The translations under genes were made by a program, and so were the position numbers. A DNA stretch of 49,192 bases from Thraustochytrium aureum (taxonomy: Eukaryota), in contig BLSG01000182.1 of NCBI GenBank assembly GCA_012862495.1, positions 101,047 through 150,238 on the forward strand. Direction: 5' to 3'. This document shows, in pieces, positions 35,401 through 48,219 of this stretch. The notes beneath the pieces are model-generated. The model saw nothing but the letters and a program-made list of their open reading frames with translations. It had not been told where the DNA came from and did no database searches. Each line of letters starts with the position of its first letter. Position 1 is the stretch's first letter.

Positions 35401-36412
35401 GCGACAACCCCAAGCAACTTCAACCCGCTACGTGTGCTCGTGGCGCTCATCATCTCACGCTCGCCGCTCAAAGCAGAAGGGCACGCGTTCACCGGAACGG
35501 AGGCCGGCAAGGGGCCGATCGAAACACCAGCAGCCCCTCAGCAACGTCGAGTTGGGGGCTCGAGCACTGTGAACTTCCAAGAAAGCACGCGTTGTGCCAA
35601 CGTTGTGCTGTTCCACTTTCACGCATGCTCACCACGATCGCAACAAGTAGCTCACTTCGATCTGCAACGAGTACTGCGGACTCCCAACTTTCGCCAAATT
35701 TCGGGGATTTCACCCTGTTTCGCAAAGCATCCCATGGATAGATCCCAAAACCCATGCGAGGACCACGACCTATCCGAACCAACCAACCAACCAAACTCTG
35801 TCATGTACCGGCTCGGACTTGTCACGGGATCTCCATTCGATGTGCGCAAAAGAATTGGTTGGAAACGCTCGAGTCCAAGCCCAGCGCCTGGCTGGCCCAC
35901 GCCGCGAGGTGGCCCGCGCGAGCCGTCGATGCACCAGCAAGCGCTCTTCTTGCAGACAACACGAGAGTCCATGGAATGGGTCTCCGTCGCAACCGGCCAT
36001 TGCAAAGCGCGAGTTGGTACGTACTTACTTGCTTGGTCTTGCTGTGCGTGACGAATCGCCATCCGCCAGCAGCGCGCGCCCAGCGAGCATGTGGACTGGA
36101 AGGGCCTCGGCACCCACTCTCGGCGCGCCGCTGACGGGCAAGGTGCCAACCGCAGCACCGGCTGTGGAGCCCGCGGCTTGGCCAGCCAGCCCAAATAAGG
36201 TGCTGGCTGGGCACAACCTTTCAACGGATCAATGCAATGTGGACACCGGATCACTCCATCACTCACTCAATCTGCCGGTCGGCGCGCAGCCAGGGGGCGC
36301 GCGGGAGGCGCCGCTGCGGACCGCTGCGGGTACTGCGCTCGCTCGCTGGCTGGCTGGCTGGCTGGCCGGCACACCGACAGACCTCGGTGGCCGCGAGCTT
36401 CGCACAACGCCG

Positions 36413-39400
36413 ATGGCCGACCACGCTTATGATGACGCGCAACCTGATCAACGCGGCGGCACGCCAGACACGGACTGGATCGGTCTCGTCGAGGACCTGA
36501 GGGCCAAGCTGAGCGGCGCGACACCCGATGGGTGGGCGCATCGCGTTGACGACGCCGGGTTCTCGTACTTTGAGAACACCACGACAGGCGAGTCCTCGTG
36601 GCAAGTCCCCCCGCCAGAACCGCCAGTGGGCCAGGCTGGTGGCGGCGAAGAGGTTGCGGCGCTGCAGAAAGAGATCAAGCGGCTGCAAAAACTGGAGAAA
36701 AAGATGGACAAAGACGTGAAGGGCAGCGCGCTCAAGGAGACTGCGATGAAGCAGGACATCGCCAAAATGAAGGCTGAGACCCGCCAAGCGCAAAAGGATC
36801 TCATGGACACGCAGCGCAAGGCAGACGCGCGGTGTGCCGCCGCCGAGGAGCTTGCAGCGCGCGTCACGCTCCAGGCAGAAGACGACATGATGCGCCTCGT
36901 CGTGGAGCATACTGAAATGATCCGCGGTATCGTGCAGAGCGTGCGAGACCGAAACGAAGAAGACGCCTTTCGCCACATGGGCAGATTCCGGCTCATGGAG
37001 CAGATTGAGCTAGCGCCATTCATCGTGGGCGCCGTGAAAGACGCACAGGACGACCATCAGCAGCATGTTGATCCTGGTCCGCGCTCTGGAAGGGCGCATC
37101 CAGGACCTCGAGGACGCCCTAGCGCATGAGAAGAGCGAGCGAGCTCGCGAGAACGACGAGTGGCGGGCCGAGGTCGAGCAGCGCGACGCCACCATCAAAG
37201 ATCTACGTGACACACTTGCAGAACGTGACGCCGAGATCGAGCATCTGCAACAGTACATCGCGGCGGCCGAGGAGCGGCACCGTCTTGAACTAGAGCACGC
37301 TCGACAGTTCGACCAGAACGAGATCGCATCGCTTCAAGCCCAGCTGGAAAGGGCGCTCGCCGTGCACGAAGAGACCATGCAAGAGTTGGGCGGATTTGGC
37401 CTGATGACATACCGCCGCCCTCTCTCTTGCGCAAGTACGTGATCCCGCTCAGGCTTCAACAGCTGGCCGAACGGCAGGCCGCGGCTCAGGAGGCGTTGCG
37501 GATCGGCTCAAAGGTGCAGGCCTGGGATGAGGCTTCTGCCTCATATGCGCCGGCAACAGTCACTGCCCTCTCAGACGCTGCGGTTGAAGTGCGCTGGGAC
37601 CAAGGCAGCGGCGAGCCTCCGCTTTGGCTTGCGCCAGAGTATTGCTTCGCAGTTGTCGAGGAGGACCTCTACAAACAGAAAGAGCAGTGCACGCAAACAG
37701 ATGTAGCTCTATACGATGACGATCTGTGCCCTTCCCTCGCGCAGCGGCCTCGAAGCGCGTCTGGGCGAGTCAACGGAGGTATGGAGGCGGCTGACCGGCG
37801 CGCAGTTTCTGCTCTTCGGGCCAAAGCGCGCGAGGAGATCGAACGCGCTGCGGAAGCTCAAGTCGAAGCGCCAGCGCGACGTCTATTCAAGCTCGTTGAC
37901 GCCAAGTCACAGGGCGAGCTGGCCCTCAGTCGTGTCTGGGAAGCGATATTGGCGCAAGACGACGTCAAAGCGCTTCTCGAGGAGCACCCTGTCCTGCAGC
38001 CCTTGAAGCGGAAAGAATACCTTTTATTAGCGTGGAAACGAGTCGACATCGATGGAGACATAGCCATGCCCTTTGCAATTGAGGACTTCGTCGAGGCTTG
38101 CGCATGCGCTCTTGCATTGGCGCGCCGCGATGCGCAGAGCCGTGCCGCAGATCCAATAACCTTGGCCACCGCGATGACAGCCGCCAAGGAGGCATCCGAC
38201 TCGGATAGCGAAGGAGAGAGCGACTTTGAAGCGGCTGCCTCTGACGCAGAACACGAAAGCGAGGGCTTAGAGAGCGGAGCAACGGGGATGGCGTCCGGCA
38301 GAAGCGCTGACAGCAGCACGCACTCCTCTGGCGTTGGTGCCATGTCTACAAAGGCTTCAGCAAGAGGCGCCCAAACGGACGCAAACATCGGGCTCGACGA
38401 AGCCGAAAGTGGCGTCAGCGCGAGTAGCGCAGAGGTCTCGGACGAAGAGGCTGACGAGAAGACTACTGTCTCGGACGAAGAGGCTGACGAGAAGACTACT
38501 GTCTCGGATGGTGTTGCTGACGAGAAAAGCGAGATCGACGAGGACCAGGAAAGCGTTGCTTCGCCAAGCATTCGCGAAATGGAGTCCGACATCGTGCAGC
38601 CCTGGCTGACCGATCCTCAAGTTGCTGCCCAGCGACAGATCGTGACCCTTGGTGAGGATCAAGTACAGCTTCAGGCCAAGGTTGAGGAAGCGCGTCAAGC
38701 CGAGCAAGCTGCACTGCTGGCCTACCTTGCCCAAGCCAGAGACGGCCTTGCAATCGAGCAAGACAAAGCCGCCTCTGCGCAGCGCGACGCGAATGACGGG
38801 TATTCCCGCTGCGTGCAGGCAGTCAAGCAAGGCGAGGACCTTGCGAGGCAGCTAGAGCTTGAAGCCCGCCAGCACATCGCCTCAGGTCCCAAACCCTCGA
38901 GGGCCGAAAGGTCAACAGGGTCAAGCGCACGGGCTCCGGTTCTCTTCGCCGAGCACACCGAATTCCTCTCGGACGAGCCAGAGGACGGCGGCGAGCCGCA
39001 GTTTCACGAAGTCGGCCTGGGCGCGCACGACTCGATACAACTTGAGCGCGAGGAATCCGGCGCAGCTTGTCCAGAAGCGGGCGCAACCCTCGCAGGCGCC
39101 GAGAAACCAGAGGCTGGCCCTTCTCGCGTCTCTACGGAGCTGCCAGCGAGTCCAGCTGCCGGCGACGGAATTGGACCCGAAAACCGCGGCGGGTTGCAGA
39201 AGGCAGAGCAGAGGCGCACCGCGTTTCGTTGAGTGCATCTCCAGAAAGCTTTGACAACGCACATGTTCAAAGCGCCGTTCAAGCCGCAAAGGCCGCAGCT
39301 GCGGCCAAGTTTGCGCAACTCCAAGGCTACGCTCGCCAAGTCGGGATTTGGGCAAGCCTGCGCGATTCGATCGAATCCAACAGCAAGGACTTGGAAGCCA

Positions 39401-42400
39401 CTGCGAAGGGTATTTCGGAGAAGATCGACGCAGCCGAGGCCGATGTGGCTCGCACAAATCAAGCGGTAAGCAATTTGGAGCGCGAGCTGTCGCAGCTGAA
39501 GCAAGAGGCGCAAGCTCAAGCCAGCGCCCCAAGCGCCGAAGGCCAGGCGGTCGAGCAAATTGCGTCCTCCTCCAAGTTGGACGTCGCGAATGCAAGAAAG
39601 GCAACAGCAGAGGCGGCGGCGCGCGAAGCCAAGCAAAAGTGCGAGCTGCTCAAGCGACAAGAAGGAACGGTCCGAAGCGCATGCGTTGCCCTACAAGATG
39701 GCCTCTGCCAGCTCAAGGCGCTCGAAGACCAGCACGCCGCCGCTCTGGCAATTGCCGAGGAAGCAAGCGCAAAGGCCACCGAAGCGAACGCCAAGGCTAC
39801 GACGCTCGCAGCGTCCGAGGCGTTTTGGGAAGCCGAACTGGCTCAATCAAAGCAAGCGTCCGAAGAGGAGGCTCTGGCCTTGCAAACCATTGCTGTCATT
39901 GCGCGCAAGCTTGATCAAGAGCGCAAGATGAACGACGCAGCCCTCCTCGAACTCGTGGAGCACCGTGAGCTCCTTGATGCTCGCGTTGCGGAGGCTAAGG
40001 CGCAGGTTCAAGCCGCCGCAAATGATATTGAAGCCGCAGTCGCGCGCGAGCACGATGCCTTCGTTGCCCATGATGTTGCGCAAGGGAAAGCTTGGGCCGA
40101 CCTTGAGTGGGAGCGGAGGCACAAGCTCGCAGCAAGATCGTCAAGGAGCAGCTGCGGCAGGCCGAGCAAGGGTGCACAAGACTTCGCGCGGCTCTGCAGA
40201 CAGTGGCAGAACGAAGGCGGCTGCGAGAGCTCATCGAGGCAGAGATCGCGCAAGACTTACAGGCCACCGGCAGCCACCCACCAGCAAACGCAAGGCCCGG
40301 GCAGGCGCGCTTTGCAAGCCTTGTTGAGCTACGCGAGCTGGCCGCGCAACGAGAGCTGCACTGGATCAAAGAGAGCGTCGAAGGCGCCCGGGGGCTTGCG
40401 GGAGTCTGGGTTGTTGGCCAAGAGAAAGACCGACTCGAGCGTCGCGCGAGCTTCGCCGAGCGCCAAGCAACAGCAATCAAGGAGCGATTTGCCCAAGCCG
40501 AGCTGCGGCTGCAAAAGGAGGCCTCGAGAGAGCGCGTCAAGCACGTCTCCGCCGCAACAGCTAAGGAGGCCCAGAAACGGTCCTACGAGCGCGAGCTGGC
40601 CGCGCTAGCGCGAACAGCCGACGAGTCCGTGCGGCTCCTTCACGAGCAGCTGGCTGCAGAGCGCGCTGGGAGATCCGAGCTAGCCCGGGTCGCCCGCGAA
40701 CAGCTCCGTCTCACCGAGGAGGACTACGCCGCGATGCGACTCGCCCTCGAAGCAAAGCTCGCCGAGCAAGCGGTCACACTGACACAAAACCGGCACTGGA
40801 TCGAGACCTTGCGCGAAGACATTCAGATCATGCGACGTGAGTACGAGACGCTCCAGCAAGTCCGCGCGAGAGAGCTCCGCGAGCGCGCCGCGCAAAAAGA
40901 CCAGCTGCGGCAGGAGTTGGAAGCCATGACCCAGCACGCCGCCCGTCTGGACAATTGGGTCAATTCCCTGAAGGGAGAGGTCCAGCTCTTGAACGACTCG
41001 CTTTGTGTGCAGCGCATGGACGCGGAGCGTTCGCAACAAGAGCACGAGCGCCAGGCGAGGTGGCTGAAGTGGGAGACTTGGAGGCGAGACGAAACCGTGC
41101 GTACCATCGGAACAAACATCGACTCGCTCTTTGCGTTCTTCGCGGATGGCGTGGCGAGGCTCGCTGGCGCCTCAAGGGACTACAACGAGCGAATTGCAGC
41201 AAACGGGGGCATTCCAGTTCTGCTTGCTCTGCTCGAGTCCGACCGCCCAAGCATTCGGCGGACCGCGCTTGCCGCTCTCGCGGCNNNNNNNNNNNNNNNN
41301 NNNNNNNNNNNNNNNNNNNNNNNNNNNNNNNNNNNNNNNNNNNNNNNNNNNNNNNNNNNNNNNNNNNNNNNNNNNNNNNNNNNNNNNNNNNNNNNNNNNN
41401 NNNNNNNNNNNNNNNNNNNNNNNNNNNNNNNNNNNNNNNNNNNNNNNNNNNNNNNNNNNNNNNNNNNNNNNNNNNNNNNNNNNNNNNNNNNNNNCTCTCG
41501 CGGCCGCCGCTTGGGATGGCCATGTAGACTACAGAACCCTGAGCCGGCGGGCCAAAGAGGACTGGGGCCGGTGGGTGGCTGGGGTCACAACGGTGACGAC
41601 GCTGCGATGGTATCGTGCAAAGCGCCAGGAGAACCGCACAACGGAGCAGGCTCAGGCCCTGTCAGCGACTGGGGCCCTCACAAAGCCTGGACATGGTATG
41701 ACGGTTGTGCTGCGCCAGGGTGAGGCAGCCATCGTTGCAGATTCCGTCGCCGAGGCTGACTGCGGCCCAAACTTGCCGAATCAAGAACGGATCGGAGCCG
41801 GCCTTGCTCGTCAAGTGACTGGCGTTCAGGCACTTGCACAGGAACTCGAGAGTGGTGACCCGGGCCAGGTCGAAATGGCCGCCGGGGCGCTCGCTGCACT
41901 CTCTCTCGAGCTCCGAAATCGGGACCGGATCGCTCAGGTGCCCGGCATATTTGAAGCCCTCCTCCGGCTGTCTTGCGGCCCAAGTGAAAGCGCTGCACTT
42001 GGGCGGCGAGGCTCGCACCCGTGCGAACCCGAGGCGGAGGACGAGGCTGGCGCAAACCAAGAGGGAGATGGTGGCGTCTCTGCGTCGGCGGGACGGTTTG
42101 AGCAGGAGGATATACAACGTCACTGTCTCACAACGCTAGCCAACTTGCTGTTCGAGAGCGCAGAGAACCAAGCCAAGTTCGAAAAAGTCGACGGCGTCAA
42201 AGCCATGGTGGGTTTGTGCCGTTGCTCGGTGGACGTGGACGTTCTCGAGCGCTGCACTGGAGTGCTTGCAAACGCAACGTCACTGTCAAGCGCCAACTGC
42301 GAGAGAATTGGCCAAGTGGGAGGCATCGACACGTTGGTGGCGCTATGCAACTCTGATTTTGGCCGGGAGGCGTTGGATGACGTCGGGGAGCGGATCCAGA

Positions 42401-44402
42401 CAAACGCAGTCGAAGCTCTTGTGAACGCGACAAAAGAGCACTCGAGTTCCAACGCACGTCGAATTGGAGTCTTTGGCGTGGGTCCCTTAGTGCAGCTCTG
42501 CATGGCGCGCTCTGATGTTGTCAAGAGTTGCGCGGCTTCGATAATCGGGAACGTCGCACAAGACGACGAGATTCGTGCCGCTGTCGGCAGGGAAGGAGGC
42601 GTAGAGGCGCTCTTTGCACTGGCCGAGAGCGCTGTGGTCGCTGTTCGCGCCAACTCAATGTGGGCCGCTTCCAACCTCGCGTGGAACTCGAGCAATCAGG
42701 ACGCCATTGGAAAGCTTTTGCCACAGCTCGTCCGTCTCTGCGAGGATGACGACCCAGAGGTACGCACGCACGCCACATGCACGCTTGCTAACAGTCTTTT
42801 CTACCACGAGGGCAACCGGCGACGCTTTGGGCTCTACACTGCTTCTGTGCGGGCAGTGTTGCGTCTGCTCGCGAACCGCGAGCAGCCGAGCAAGGTCCAC
42901 GAGAACGCGGCGCGCGCTTTGGGTACGGCCGCTTACAACGATGCGGTGGCGCTCCAAGCGGGCATCCTTGGAGCAGTTCCCGTGCTGGTTGAGCGCGCTC
43001 AAGGGCCGAGCCCGGGGGTGCAGCGAACCGCCGCTTTTGCAATAGGCAACCTGGCTGTTCACGACGTACACAAGACTTTGCTCATTGCGCACGGCGGAGT
43101 AGAGGCAATGACGGCGCTGTGTGGAAGCGATTGCGCCGACACGGTCAAGTATGCGAACAAGGTCCTGAGCGTCCTTGCCGACCTCTCGCGCGCCGAAGAG
43201 CTTGAGGAGCGACGCAAAAAGTACGGGTCAAGNNNNNNNNNNNNNNNNNNNNNNNNNNNNNNNNNNNNNNNNNNNNNNNNNNNNNNNNNNNNNNNNNNNN
43301 NNNNNNNNNNNNNNNNNNNNNNNNNNNNNNNNNNNNNNNNNNNNNNNNNNNNNNNNNNNNNNNNNNNNNNNNNNNNNNNNNNNNNNNNNNNNNNNNNNNN
43401 NNNNNNNNNNNNNNNNNNNNNNNNNNNNNNNNNNNNNNNNNNNNNNNNNNNNNNNNNNNNNNNNNNNNNNNNNNNNNNNNNNNNNNNNNNNNNNNNNNNN
43501 NNNNNNNNNNNNNNNNNNNNNNNNNNNNNNNNNNNNNNNNNNNNNNNNNNNNNNNNNNNNNNNNNNNNNNNNNNNNNNNNNNNNNNNNNNNNNNNNNNNN
43601 NNNNNNNNNNNNNNNNNNNNNNNNNNNNNNNNNNNNNNNNNNNNNNNNNNNNNNNNNNNNNNNNNNNNNNNNNNNNNNNNNNNNNNNNNNNNNNNNNNNN
43701 NNNNNNNNNNNNNNNNNNNNNNNNNNNNNNNNNNNNNNNNNNNNNNNNNNNNNNNNNNNNNNNNNNNNNNNNNNNNNNNNNNNNNNNNNNNNNNNNNNNN
43801 NNNNNNNNNNNNNNNNNNNNNNNNNNNNNNNNNNNNNNNNNNNNNNNNNNNNNNNNNNNNNNNNNNNNNNNNNNNNNNNNNNNNNNNNNNNNNNNNNNNN
43901 NNNNNNNNNTTGCAGCTCTGAAGGCCCATTACCCAAGCGTCGCGACAGAGTCGGCCAGCATTGTGATTGACCCGACCGAGACGAACAACTGTCAACCTCG
44001 TTTGTAGCCGTGACGTATGCGAGGCGGCTCTGGGCGCGCTATTTAGCATTTCGCGTGGACATGGTCCAAATGTAGGCGCGTTCTCGACCGGGGGCTTGGC
44101 CTTCTGTCCAAGTGGCAGACGAGCACACCATCCGCACGGGTTCCAGCAAGGTCCTCAATGACGAGGACGCGGAGAAGGCCCGGGAGAGCCCTGGGCGAGA
44201 TGGCCCTGCACCATCCAGAGACCCCATGTTGGGCCATTTGGTGCTTCAAGTTTTGCAGGTTCTTGGCCCGCACTCGTGGATCGAGTGTGCCAACTGTGGG
44301 AGCCACGAGACGACTGGGCGCACGTGCGGGCAGTGCGGTCACAAGCTCCGCAGTGCCGGAGATGCCGCCCGGGAGGGTGTGGAAGCGGCTTTCGTGACAT
44401 AG
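36413..44402 (+). CDS. Very large multidomain protein: WW, coiled coil, Tudor-like, EF-hand-like, coiled coil, armadillo repeats and C-terminal zinc ribbon; several frameshifts and two gaps
   Basis: WW: PDGWAHRVDDAGFSYFENTTTGESSWQVP. Tudor-like: LRIGSKVQAWDE..YAPATVTAL..VEVRWD. EF-like: LFKLVDAKSQGEL and WKRVDIDGD. ARM: IGQVGGIDTLVALC, GREGGVEALFAL, GAVPVLVE..VQRTAAFAIGNLA. Zn ribbon: ECANCG..TCGQCG. ORFs at 36413, 37065, 37427, 39067, 40107, 41495, 43967 and 44112 abut or overlap head-to-tail. Confidence 0.65.
38435..38527 (+). repeat. In-frame 33-bp coding tandem repeat (VSDEEADEKTT x2 plus a degenerate third copy)
   Basis: gtctcggacgaagaggctgacgagaagactact occurs twice exactly, then gtctcggatggtgttgctgacgagaaa. 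Confidence 0.9.
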
Positions 44403-44606
44403 CGAGGTGGCTTTCGTTCCTTTTGGTCGGATGAGTAGAGTACAAATCTTTTTTTAAATGTCTTTCGAGGGTGCGCTTGCAGGATTGATTCTCTCCGCCC
44501 CAGCATGACGCAGGTCAGGTCATCCCTACTCTTTTTTAAAGTACCTTGATGAGATTTAGGCGTTGCTCGAGACTGGGACGCGTCGAGGCGGCACGGCCGC
44601 GCCGGA

Positions 44607-47387
44607 TCAGCCGTCCTCTTCGTATACCGTTTCGTCGCAGAAACCGCGCTTTCTCACAAAGTCATCGAAGAGCGGATCGTCCTGAAAGTCCTCCCACAAG
44701 TTCTTCCGCACCAGGCCAGTGATCTCGCGCGCAGCGACATCAAAGACGCGGGCCACCTCGTTTGCAAGCGCATGCGGTTCAAGCAGAGCGGCAGCGTCCT
44801 CGCCCGGCCCAAGCAACTCGCCCGAGCCCGAGACGGTGGCGCGCATAAGGTGCACGTATTTGGCCGAGCAGTCCCCAAACCGCCGCAGCGTCTCCCTGCG
44901 CTGCTCGTCCGAGATGTTGACCTCGAGCGGGCTCCCTGGCTGCACGAACTGGCTACACATAGACTGCGCGCGGTGCAACACCTCGTACATATCCTCTCGC
45001 TGCGCGAGGGCTGCGTTTTGGCGCAGCTGCGTCACCTCGACAAGAAACAGCACGTTCTCCTCCTGAAAGCGCCGGCGCGCAAACCTCTTGAGCTGTAGAA
45101 TCCCGAAAGAGTTGCTCAGCGTTGCCGCGAGCGAGACCTTGAGGGATCCTCGGGCCGGGTGGGCGTAGTGCTTGGGGCCCACGCGCACGTCGTCGCGGAA
45201 CTTTGTGAGGCGCTCAAGGCGCTCCGCCGTCGACACCGCGTTTCCAGCTGGGCTGTCGAGCGATCCGCGAGGCGCACCTGCTCCAGCACCCAGGCTTTCG
45301 CCGGTGCCCTGCTCCGCATCAGAACTTGCTGCGCTTAAAACGGCGGCATCTGGCATGGTGCTAAACTTGTGCGGAACCCCGCGTTTCGGGGTCTCCTCCG
45401 TGCAGGCCTCCGACTTTGTTCGCCGCATGCCCATCTTCNNNNNNNNNNNNNNNNNNNNNNNNNNNNNNNNNNNNNNNNNNNNNNNNNNNNNNNNNNNNNN
45501 NNNNNNNNNNNNNNNNNNNNNNNNNNNNNNNNNNNNNNNNNNNNNNNNNNNNNNNNNNNNNNNNNNNNNNNNNNNNNNNNNNNNNNNNNNNNNNNNNNNN
45601 NNNNNNNNNNNNNNNNNNNNNNNNNNNNNNNNNNNNNNNNNNNNNNNNNNNNNNNNNNNNNNNNNNNNNNNNNNNNNNNNNNNNNGGTGCTGTTGCTTGC
45701 AGAAGCGGCTCGCGCTCGAGAGCCGCAATGAGCGGGTCGGGAGCGAAAGACGGCCGCGAGAAGGACAGCCTCGCGACCTTGCCAGCAGAGCCCGACCCTT
45801 GCAGCGGGGAAAAAAGGTGCTGGTGGCTGGGCTGCATGTTTGCGAGCGAAGAGTGGCGGCGGTCGAGCTGCATCAAGCGGTAAGTGTTGCTTCGTTTGAA
45901 GGCAGGCACGATGCGCGACTTGATCCGCTGCAGAATCTCCCGCTTGACAGGGTTAAAGAGGCTTGCAAGGTCCCCCGGGAGCTCGGTGGCCGGCCCGGTG
46001 GCGATCTCGAAGCGGAGGAACAGCGATTGGATGGTCTCAACCGGAGGGTCAACGAGATCCTGCGTCGGCGGGCCGTACCGCGCTAGAATACGGTTGAAAC
46101 GGCGCAGTCGCATCCCCGTGTCTGCCGAGGGCTCCATGAGATCCTCGATCTCCAAGTAGAGCTCCACGACGTCGAGATGCTTCAGCAGCGAGTGCGACTG
46201 TCGGCGGACCTGGATCTTCTGGTTGCGGGAGAGGCGCCTCTTTGTACGGGAGGAGCCCGCGCTGGCGTCAGCAACCTCGATCGCCTTGGCCTCCATGAAA
46301 ATAAACTCGTAGAAGAAACGCGACTTCTCTGAGTCCTCGACAAGCTCTTTGACCTTGTCTTCGCTTGTGGCGCGCGGCCTGCCGAGCTCGAGCGCGCCTT
46401 CGCTATTCGGGCCGTTTTCGTCTTCCGTGTCGCTTGGAATGGCGATGCGAAACCCGCTATCGCTTTGAGAGCCTAGCGAGCCGTCGTCCGAGTCGGCCCC
46501 ATCCTCCGCGGTGTCGGGCACAGCCTCATCCTCGGTGCCGCTGGAGTCAGACCGGCCCTCGCGGCTTCCATCGTGCACAGTTGCGAGCCGGAAGAATTGC
46601 TCCGACGCGAGGAAGCCTGGGAGGTACTCGTACTTGACGGCGTTGTGAACGCGGAGGTGGACCACCTTGAAAACGTCGTGGACGGTCGAGAGGTTGACCT
46701 GCTGGACTTTGCCGCTCTCGTCGACCGCAAGATCGTGCTTGAGATCGACAAGCGTCGTTGTGGAGAGCAGGGAGCGAAGGTCCTCGCCGACCCCGCTCGC
46801 AAAATATGTGTCGTACAATGATTGGGCTGCGGTGGCAATTTCGCCTTTTGAGGCGCCCCGCAGCGCTAAAAGATCTGCACTGGTGCCATGAGCGGTGCAG
46901 CGCCGGTCGAATTCGTCGAGAGCCTTCCATAGTCTCAGGATAGGCTCGCCGCCAAGTGTATCGGTCATGAAAGACTCGAATGCTTCGTGAATTGGGCCTT
47001 CTCCATGACCAAGGCCAGGGACTGGTCCGAGAGGCGGCGCTTCCGGTACTCGGAGTTGACGGCGTGCGCCTCCTCGCCCCATCTCACCTTAAGGCGGGCG
47101 GAGGTCCGCGGCGTGCGAAAGCTGCCCCTGATCGACGTGCCTTGGTTGGCGAGCGTCTCGCTCATCGCCTCCATGGCACCGGCCAGTGTTTCTTTGACAA
47201 CCCCCGACACCTTGCCGGAGCGGACGCGCGCATTGGTCGGCGACGGCGCTTCTGTAGTCCGTTCCGCGTTACAGCTCGCTTCCCCAGCGGCGTCGAGCGC
47301 AACGTCCCGCGTCCCATCCTCCCGTCCTGCGTCCTTCTGAGCAACAGCAGCACCAGCACCAGCCGTGCAGCCGCAGCAGGCGCCCAT
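44607..47387 (-). CDS. Regulator of G-protein signalling protein with three RGS(-like) domains and an N-terminal MGACCGC acylation motif; frameshift at ~46990, gap at 45439-45685
   Basis: The C-terminal RGS is canonical (LKRFARRRFQEENVLFLVEV...FVQPGSPLEVNISDE...VFDVAAREITGLVRKNLWEDF). Two upstream degenerate RGS-like units end in YEYLPGFLASEQF and RIVPAFKRSNTY. Confidence 0.75.
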
Positions 47388-48219
47388 CCTGCCAAGCCGC
47401 CAGCGCGCCGCGCGTGCGAGGCCGGCCACCGCCGAAGCCAGCCGCACTTCTTTCGCAGACGGACTGCCTTGCGCGCGGGCGCCGGCCCGCGGACCGCAGC
47501 TGCCTGACCCGTTTGGGCTCTGCTCGACCGCCAACCGCCAACAAGACCCAAGAGCAAGCAGTGCACGNNNNNNNNNNNNNNNNNNNNNNNNNNNNNNNNN
47601 NNNNNNNNNNNNNNNNNNNNNNNNNNNNNNNNNNNNNNNNNNNNNNNNNNNNNNNNNNNNNNNNNNNNNNNNNNNNNNNNNNNNNNNNNNNNNNNNNNNN
47701 NNNNTCGAGCCGCTGGCCGTCGCTGCGGCTGCCATCCTGGCCTGGCGGGAATGGCGCTGGTTTGCCGTTTGTTGCCCTGCAGCCTTGGCTCGTCCTCGTG
47801 CGCGCTTGCGGTGGTGGATGATGGACGGCACGGCGACGGCCGGCGTCGTGCGCAGGACACGTGGATGTTCTGCAGCGTTTGGGGCGGCCGGCCTTGCTCG
47901 CGCTTGCGGGATTTCGGCGTGCTTTCCGGCCCTCGCACGCGGCGCGGGCTGGGCTTTGGTGGTCGTGAGTCTCTGCCGACGGTCGATGGAATCGATTGGC
48001 GGAGGGCGTTCCAGGTTCGCGTCCAGCCGTTGAATGCGTTGGGTTGCTTCTGCTACTCTACTACCAACTCGCTGCCGACAACTCCTTTGCCGCCTTTCGC
48101 TTTCAAAACAAAGAACAACAAAACAAGGGTCTTCTCCGCTCGCTCTCTGCGCGTGCTCTTGCGCGTTCACGCAAATCGCAAACGCGAGCGAGCATTGAGC
48201 TGGTGCAATAATACGTAAG

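Noticed and set aside
4650..47387. Flagellar/cAMP signalling gene cluster (dynein, sAC, ARM, RGS, phosphatases)
   Set aside because: These families are abundant in protists, and adjacency in mixed orientation is not evidence without synteny or co-expression.
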